From an uncultured Planctomycetaceae bacterium (GTDB lineage: Bacteria; Planctomycetota; Planctomycetia; Planctomycetales; Planctomycetaceae), in assembly GCA_963813715.1 (NCBI GenBank), contig CAWFAK010000005.1:992001-1056000 (forward strand): a stretch of 64,000 bases of DNA, read 5' to 3'. The position numbers were made by a program, and so were the translations under genes. The notes under the pieces were generated by a model. The model ran no database searches. It was not told the origin of the DNA and was given only the letters and a program-made list of their open reading frames with translations. Shown here in pieces: positions 57,129-64,000 of the stretch. The number at the start of each line of letters is the position of its first letter. The first letter of the stretch is position 1.

Positions 57129-57198
57129 CGTGCCACTTCTACGCATTGCCCCGGCGCGACGCAAGCAGAGCGAGCGGTTGCCGTCCAGCGGCCGGCGA

Positions 57199-58072
57199 CT
57201 ACGGACTGGACGTCCCCGTGCTCACCACCGGCTGGGCGTTCTGCTCGCTGCAGAGGACGACCAGCAGATTGCTGACCATCGCCGCGCGGCGTTCGTCGTT
57301 GAGCGTGAGGACGTTGCGCTGTGCCAGGTCTGAGAGGGCCATTTCGACGATGCTCACGGCGCCGTGCACGATCTTCTGGCGGGCGGCGATGATGGCGTCG
57401 GCCTGTTGCGCGCTCGAGCATGGCTCCGGCGATTTCCGGAGCGTAGGCCAGGTGCGTGAGCCGCGCCTCTTCGACCGCGACTCCCGCCTCGGCCAGCCGC
57501 GTCTGCAGTTCGGCCTTGAGGAAGGTCGAGACCTCATCGACGCCGCTACGAAGCGTGATCTCGTGCTCTTCGCCGTGGTCGTAGGCGTACGAGTTGGCGA
57601 GGTGCCGCACGGCCGATTCGCTTTGCACGCGGACGTAGGTCGTATAGTCGGCGACGTTGAAGCTGGCGCGGGCCGTGTCCTGCACCCGCCAGACAACGAC
57701 GGCCGCGATCTCGATCGGGTTGCCCTGCTTGTCGTTCACCTTGAGCAGGCCTCCCTCGAGGTTCCGCAGCCGCAGCGAAATCGGCTTGCGAATGACGAAC
57801 GGATTGGCCCAGAAGAAGCCCGTGTCCCGCACGGTGCCCCGATATTCGCCGAAGAGCAGCATCACCCGCGCCATGTTCGGCTGCTGGGCGAAGAGTCCAA
57901 CCGACGAAATGACGACGCCGACTGCCAACAAGAGGGCGATCACGATGATGACCGGCGATTGCTGCACGGCGCCCGTGATGAACAGGGCCAGTGCCAGCAG
58001 AGCGCCAGCGATGCAGACGAACAGCATCGTCCAACCGGAGGAGCTGGGATAGTTTTTCTCGGTCGCCATCAT
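57199..58072 (-). CDS. SPFH/band-7 domain membrane protein; frameshift near 57410
   Basis: Two N-terminal TMs; [61 protein letters not shown]. Confidence 0.92.
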
Positions 58073-58340
58073 TGGACTCCAAAGAGGTCTTCGCGAGAGA
58101 TTCTCGGTCAGCGACTTTTGCTTTTGACTTCGTTTGTGTGTTCGCCCCTGGAAACGTCGGCGAGGGGCGTTTGGATCACAGCGGGTTCTGACGCGCGGAC
58201 CGAAGGACGGTTGGCCAAAGGCTTTAACGGCAGCCCACGGCGCGGCCGGTTGTGACTACGTTAACCCAGTCCCGGGGGTCTTTGCACGAAGATTCCCTGC
58301 TGCGATCGGTGACCGCTCGTTTCGTGCGGGCGAGGGTTCG

Positions 58341-58377
58341 AAAAAGAAAAACCCAGGCTGTTGGGCCTGGGCTTTTC
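58341..58377 (-). terminator. intrinsic terminator after clpC
   Basis: CCCAGGC-TGTTGG-GCCTGGG stem with a long U tail on the minus strand and a short one on the plus strand. Confidence 0.75.
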
Positions 58378-58398
58378 AGGTAATCCAATCGGACAAGT

Positions 58399-60925
58399 TT
58401 ACGAAGCGCTCGGCGGCGCCGACTCCTTGTCGCCTGAGCCGGCTCCCACGAGTTCGCCTTCGCCCGTGCCGGTGCCGACGAAGTCGAGCTGCTTCTGGTC
58501 GCCCACTTCCTTGACCGTGACCAGAATGCGGGTCTTGCCTTCGAAGGCGCCTCGCAAGAGTTCTTCGGAGAGCGGGTCTTCGATGTAGGTCGACACGCTA
58601 CGACGCAGCGGCCGGGCGCCGTAATCGGTGTCCCCACCCCTGTCGATGATGAACTCGCGAGCTTCGTCGGTCAGCTCCAGCTTCAGGCCGCGCTCGGCCA
58701 GCCGGTTGTAGACCTTCCCCAGCTCGATGTCGACGATCTTCTTCAGGTTGTCGCGCGTCAGCTTGCGGAAGACGACGATCTCGTCGATACGGCCGATGAA
58801 CTCCGGCTTGAACTCGCGTTCGATCACGTGCTTCAGCCGTTCCCGCATCTTGTCGTAGTTGCTGTCCTCGTCCCGCTTGCCGAAGCCGAAGACGTCGCCC
58901 TGATTGATGACGTCGGCTCCTGCGTTGGTCGTCATGATCAGCACCACGTTGCGGAAGTCGACCTTGCGGCCGAAGCTGTCCGTGAGGTGGCCTTCTTCCA
59001 TGATCTGCAGCAGCATGTTGAAGACGTCGGGGTGGGCCTTCTCGATTTCGTCCAAGAGGACGACCGAGTAGGGCCGACGGCGAATCTTCTCGGTGAGCTG
59101 ACCACCCTCTTCGTAGCCGACATAGCCCGGCGGTGCGCCGATCAGCCGGCTGACGTTGTGCTTCTCCATGTACTCGCTCATGTCGATCTGCACGAGGGCC
59201 TCTTCGTCGCCGAACATGAATTCGGCGAGCGTCTTGGCCAGCAGCGTCTTACCGACGCCCGTGGGACCGGAGAGCAAGAACACGCCCGTGGGCCGCTTTG
59301 GATCTTTCAGTCCGCTGCGGCTGCGGCGGACCGCCTTGGCGATCTGCTTGATCGCTTCGTCCTGGCTGACGATCCGCTTGTGCAGCTCGTCTTCCATCGC
59401 GAGCAACCGAACCGCGTCCTCGCTCGACAGCCGCGTCAGCGGCACACCCGTCATGCGGGCGACCACGTCGGCGATCACGTCGGCATCGACGACGCCGTCG
59501 GTCTCGCGGGCCTTGTCGCGCCACTCGCGGGTGAGCGATTCCTTCTTCTTCTTGAGCTTGTCGGCCTGATCGCGGAGGCCAGCCGCCTTCTCGAAGTCCT
59601 GGTTGGCGACCGCTTCTTCCTTGGCGACGTTGAGCCGCTCGATCTCTTCTTCCAGTTCTTTCAAGTCCGGCGGACGGACCATCGACTTCAGCCGGATCCG
59701 GGCACCCGCCTCGTCGATGACGTCGATCGCCTTGTCCGGCAGGCAGCGGCCCGTGATGTAACGGGACGACAGCTCGACGGCCTTGGCCAATGCGTCGTCG
59801 GTGTACTGCACGCGATGGTGCGACTCGTACCGGTCGCGGAGCCCCTTCAGGATCAGAACGGTCTGCTCCTGGCTGGGCGGCTCGACCATCACGGTCTGGA
59901 AGCGGCGTTCGAGCGCCCCGTCCTTCTCGATGTACTTGCGGTACTCGTCGAGAGTCGTGGCGCCGATGCACTGCAGCTCGCCCCGGCTCAGGGCCGGCTT
60001 GAGCACGTTCGACGCGTCGATGGCCCCTTCGGCCCCGCCCGCGCCGACCAGCGTGTGCAACTCGTCGATAAACAGGATCGTGTTCTTCGCGCGGCGAACT
60101 TCGTTCATCACCGCCTTGATCCGCTCCTCGAACTGGCCGCGATACTTGGTGCCGGCGACCATCATCGCCAGGTCGAGCACGACCACGCGCTTGTCGCGGA
60201 GCAGCTCGGGAACGTTTGCGTCGACCACCATCTGGGCAAAGCCCTCGACGATGGCCGTCTTGCCGACGCCCGCCTCGCCCAACAGGACGGGGTTGTTCTT
60301 CTGGCGGCGGCAGAGGATCTGAATCGACGCGCTCGATCTCGCGCTCGCGGCCGATCACCGGGTCCAGCTTGCCCTGGCGGGCCAGATCGGTCAGGTCGCG
60401 ACCGAAACTGTCGAGGGCCGGGGTCTTGCTCTTGCCGGCCTTCTGCTGGGCGGCCGTGCCGCGCTCGCCGGTTTCGGAGGCTTCCAGCCCGTGGCCGAGC
60501 AGGTTGAGGACTTCCTCGCGAACGTCTTCGAGCTTCATTCCCAAGTTCATGAGAACCTGGGCGGCCACTCCTTCTTGTTCGCGGAGCAGGCCAAGCAATA
60601 AGTGTTCGGTGCCAACGTAGTTATGGTTGAGGTTGCGGGCCTCTTCCATCGCGTATTCGATGACTTTTTTGGCTCGCGGTGTCTGGGGCAGCTTGCCCAT
60701 CGTCACCATGTCGGGACCCGACTGGACGATCTTTTCGACTTCCAGACGGATTTTCCGCAGGTCGACGTCGAGGTTCTTGAGCACATTCGCCGCGACGCCG
60801 GAGCCTTCCTTCACCAGTCCGAGCAGGATGTGCTCGGTGCCGATGTATTCGTGGTTGAAGCGCTGCGCCTCTTGGTTGGCGAGCTGCATCACTTTTCGGG
60901 CTCGATCGGTAAATCGTTCGTACAT
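58399..60925 (-). CDS. clpC: ATP-dependent Clp protease ATP-binding subunit ClpC; frameshift near 60325
   Basis: [12 protein letters not shown] with two Clp-N repeats, [18 protein letters not shown]-like [48 protein letters not shown]. Confidence 0.96.
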
Positions 60926-61515
60926 CCGGTTTTCTCCCGTCCCGTCCAAGCTATTTGGACCGCAGGGTTTTTTCCCCGCTGCACACTCCACACGTCGCAA
61001 AGCCGTGCCACCCTGGGACGGTATGACACGGCTCGTATTAGTCGCCGTCGGGCGTTTTCGCCCGAAACGGGCGACCGCATTGACGGGCGGCCGATCAACA
61101 ATACGTCGTTATCGCAGCGGCCGCGGGCTGATTGTAAAAGTGTAAAGCGCTCGGCAAGCCCCCGTCGCAGCGATGTCGGTTCTCAGCAAGTTGCTTTTGG
61201 TAGAGCCGCAGCAACCGACAAAATCCACAAGCCGATCCATCAGCGCCGACCGATACAATCACTACGGTCGGACGCGTTGAACTAGCTCCAACGCGCTCCG
61301 AATTCTAGTGCTGGCCTAGGGGAAGGACAAGGTACGCCATGCACCGGTTCAGTCCAACCGTACCCAGTTTGAGCCGAAGATGACGGCAGTTCGAGGGACG
61401 AACAAATCGGCGAACCAACCGGCGCGGAAGTGAGAAGCTTTTGTACGCTTGGCGGGGTCGGACGGCATCGGGATGTGCCATTACCGTCGGATTGCGGAGG
61501 ATATGGGGAGCGCGG

Positions 61516-61776
61516 ATGAAGCACGCAGGTGACGAGGCACTCGACGGCCTGGAGGAACTGCTGGTGCGAATCCGCGAACTCGCCGGCTTGAAGGAGCGCA
61601 AGCGAGGCGTTTTCTACCGCGGATCCTCCGCGTTTCTGCACTTCCACGAAGATCCCGCTGGAATGTTTGCCGACGTGCGGACTGACTCGGACTGGCAGCG
61701 AGTACCGGTGAACAGTCGGGCGGAGCAGCGGGAGCTGGTGGCAAAGATACGAGCCGCCCTCAGCGGACCCGGTTAG
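61516..61776 (+). CDS. small conserved hypothetical protein
   Basis: SD GGGGAG; MKHAGDEALDGLEELL...GVFYRGSSAFLHFHEDPAG.FADVR. Confidence 0.75.
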   Translation: MKHAGDEALDGLEELLVRIRELAGLKERKRGVFYRGSSAFLHFHEDPAGMFADVRTDSDWQRVPVNSRAEQRELVAKIRAALSGPG

Positions 61777-61832
61777 TTCTTGTAGGGTGTGACAAGTCCG
61801 CCGCAGGCGGACGCAGGCACACGAACCGAGCC

Positions 61833-63020
61833 TTACGCCGCCACCCGCCGATTTTCGCGGGCGACCGTCACGCGTTCGAGGGCCGCGCGGTCGATCGTGA
61901 CGCCCAGGCCGGGGTCGCGGAGGGCGGGGGCCCAGCCGCCGAAGCCGAAGGTTAGATCTTCGGTCGTCAGACGTTCGGCGACGAGCAGGCGGTCAAAACT
62001 GCCTTCGCGGTAGCGTATGCCGGCGACCGAGGTTGCGAAGTGGCGGCCGGCCGCGGACAGAATTCCCGTCTCGCCGACCTGGCAGCCCAGTTGATAGCCG
62101 AGGCCGGCGCGGGCCGCCGCCGCGGCAATGCGTAAGGACGGAACAAAACCGCCGCACTTCGAGAGGCGGATGTTGAACAGGTCGCAGGTGCCGTGCTCGA
62201 TCGCCCGCTGGGCGTCGGACTGACTGCAGAGGGATTCGTCGAGCATCACCGGCACGCCCAAGCGCGAGCGGACTGCGGCCAGACCCTCGACTTCGCCATG
62301 CGGCACCGGCTGCTCGAGCGACGTGATGCCCAGCGGCACCAGCGGGGCGACGTGCGATTCCAGCTCGCGGCAGGTCCAGGCTTCGTTGGCGTCGACCCGC
62401 AGGTCGCAGCCGCCGCCGAACGCCCGCCGCACGCGGAGCACGGCTGCCCGGTCGTCGGTGCCGGCCACGCCCACCTTCATCTTGCACTGATTGAAACCGA
62501 ACAGGCGGAAGGCCACGCTGCGGAGTACGGCTTTGACGGGCGAAAGCGCGGTCAGCACGGCACTGTAACGGACCCGCTTTTCATTCTGACGCAGGCCTTC
62601 CGTCTCGGCGACCAGCGTGGTGACGTCGGAGAGCGGGCGGCCGCAGGCCCGGGCGACCGCGTCCAGCACGGCCAGTTCGACAGCACACCGCAGCGAATTG
62701 CCAAAGCAGTCGCGCTGGCCGGGCGGACTGACCGCGTCGAGGCGAATCCGGTCGCAGAGGGCGACCGCCTGGCTCAAGTCATGGATCGGCTCGCCCAGCA
62801 TGCGGGGCCAGTCGGCTGAGCGGAATTGTTCCCAGGCAGTTTCGATCGTCTCGCCGGTGACGTACGCGCGAGGCAGTCCCTCGCCCCAGCCTTCGGTGCC
62901 GTCGTCCAGGCGGCAGCAGACGACGATCGAGTGGGTGTCGGTCCGCGCGTGCGAGGCGTGTTTCACCTGGCTCCGCAGCGGGATCAGTACGTGATAGGCG
63001 TCGAGGCTCTGGATGCGCAT
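61833..63020 (-). CDS. enolase superfamily (muconate cycloisomerase / dipeptide epimerase-like) protein
   Basis: GWGEG, CKMKVG (KxK), RVDANEAW, LEQP, MLDES, FNIRLSKCGG, PGLGV. Confidence 0.9.
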   Translation of the reverse strand: MRIQSLDAYHVLIPLRSQVKHASHARTDTHSIVVCCRLDDGTEGWGEGLPRAYVTGETIETAWEQFRSADWPRMLGEPIHDLSQAVALCDRIRLDAVSPPGQRDCFGNSLRCAVELAVLDAVARACGRPLSDVTTLVAETEGLRQNEKRVRYSAVLTALSPVKAVLRSVAFRLFGFNQCKMKVGVAGTDDRAAVLRVRRAFGGGCDLRVDANEAWTCRELESHVAPLVPLGITSLEQPVPHGEVEGLAAVRSRLGVPVMLDESLCSQSDAQRAIEHGTCDLFNIRLSKCGGFVPSLRIAAAAARAGLGYQLGCQVGETGILSAAGRHFATSVAGIRYREGSFDRLLVAERLTTEDLTFGFGGWAPALRDPGLGVTIDRAALERVTVARENRRVAA

Positions 63021-63057
63021 GGGCGCGCCGAAGGTCGAGTACAGACAAGGGAGAATT

Positions 63058-63093
63058 AAGCACCCGCCAGCTGACGCTGGCGGCTCGCCGGGT
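63058..63093. repeat. 36-bp dispersed palindromic repeat, copy 2
   Basis: Identical to 28272-28307. Confidence 0.85.
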
Positions 63094-63139
63094 CAAGCGG
63101 CAATCGGGCTTCTAATTCAAACTGCGGCGGCTGGCTAGC

Positions 63140-64000
63140 TTAGTTCGTCCCCAAGCCGGCTTTGGACTCGGCGGCGCGGGAGGTGGTGGCGGTCGCGGGC
63201 GTCGCCTCGATGCGGTAGAGGTGCGAGTCGGTCCGCAGCAGGAGGGCCCGGCCGCAGACGGTCGGCGTGGCGAGAATGCGACCGTCGAGCTCGTTGGCGG
63301 CGACCTGCTCAAAACTCTTGCCGGGACGGATCACCGTCGTCTTCCCCTGCTCGTTGACGCAGTAGACGTAGCGCCCCAAAGAGAGCAACGATGCCGAGAA
63401 GGTCCCGCCCACGCGATGCTGCCAAATCGGCCGCCCGGTTTCCGGAGAAATGCAGGAGAGCACCCCCTGATCGGTGACGTCGTAGACACGCCCCTCGGCC
63501 AGCACCGGCGATGCGCTGGCTCCAACCTGCCGGGGCATTTTCCACAGCACGTTGGAATGGGTCACGTCCCCGCGGCCTCCGAGTCGAATCGCCCAAAGTT
63601 GGGGGGCGGAAAAGTCGGTCACGACATAGACGCGGTCATGGTCGAGGAGTGGCACCGGCACTTCCGACCAACCGGAGTATCGGACGCACCAGAGTTCGGC
63701 TCCGGTCCGCGGGTCGAACGCGTTGACTTCTTCGGCCGCCGGGCTGATCAGCTGAGGCCGGCCCGCGACGTCTACCAGCGCCGGCGTCGAAAACGCTTTC
63801 CGCATATCGGGGCGCTTCTCATCGACCGAGATCGAGCGTTTTGACTTCCACGCGATCTGGCCGGTTTGTTTCGAGAGGGCGACGACGAACTGCCGGTCGG
63901 TCCCGTCGCAATTGACGATCAGCAGATCTTCAAACAGGACCGGCGAGCTTCCAGCACCTTCGCCGTGGTCGATCACCAAATCCTGGTTTCGCCAAAGAAT
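63140..64000 (-). CDS. PQQ-like beta-propeller (BamB-like) protein; 5' end off the window
   Basis: GAGSSPVL...VALSKQTGQIAW, AFSTP, AFDPRTGAELW, ASPV, FSAS, ATPTV..LLLRT..HLY. Confidence 0.9.
   Translation of the reverse strand: MLWRNQDLVIDHGEGAGSSPVLFEDLLIVNCDGTDRQFVVALSKQTGQIAWKSKRSISVDEKRPDMRKAFSTPALVDVAGRPQLISPAAEEVNAFDPRTGAELWCVRYSGWSEVPVPLLDHDRVYVVTDFSAPQLWAIRLGGRGDVTHSNVLWKMPRQVGASASPVLAEGRVYDVTDQGVLSCISPETGRPIWQHRVGGTFSASLLSLGRYVYCVNEQGKTTVIRPGKSFEQVAANELDGRILATPTVCGRALLLRTDSHLYRIEATPATATTSRAAESKAGLGTN

Noticed and set aside
58399..60925. clpC and other split genes as pseudogenes or programmed frameshifts
   Set aside because: No consistent slippery sites or stimulatory structures were seen, and the breaks are spread over all gene classes, as expected for read errors.

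Overview
GC-rich bacterial window, very likely Planctomycetota: it carries DUF1559 prepilin-like, DUF1501, DUF1570, LE-x-R-x-LL-S extracellular, ASPIC/UnbV, DUF11/OmcB-like and fhcC genes. About 45 CDS, 2 tRNAs (Leu-TAG, Val-CAC), one cobalamin riboswitch and several REP-like palindrome families are present. No CRISPR array, integrase or transposase was seen. Many ordinary genes (clpC, the fadB-like gene, oleC, fhcC, the SDR) are split by single-base frameshifts. These are best explained as uncorrected long-read indels, so CDS are given as reconstructed spans. Two candidate systems stand out. (1) A CsrA-(H-box-like)-receiver fusion sits beside a hybrid histidine kinase. Its own leader carries three canonical ANGGAU CsrA hairpins, and the next gene has its Shine-Dalgarno in a GGA-loop hairpin. 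This suggests a two-component system with a direct RNA-binding (translational) output. (2) A ~3.9 kb integrase-less island at tRNA-Val(CAC), bounded by a duplicated tRNA 3' end, carries a sigma70 promoter and cobalamin riboswitch driving a very Cys-rich DUF1559 pilin-like protein plus a partner lipoprotein. Other oddities: a ketosynthase with Cys->Glu at the active site, oleC-oleD without oleA/oleB in an apparent operon with fhcC, a secreted SYG/RGG low-complexity repeat protein, and a compositionally atypical block with two HEPN-like genes. All family assignments are by motif recognition by eye; no database searches were run.
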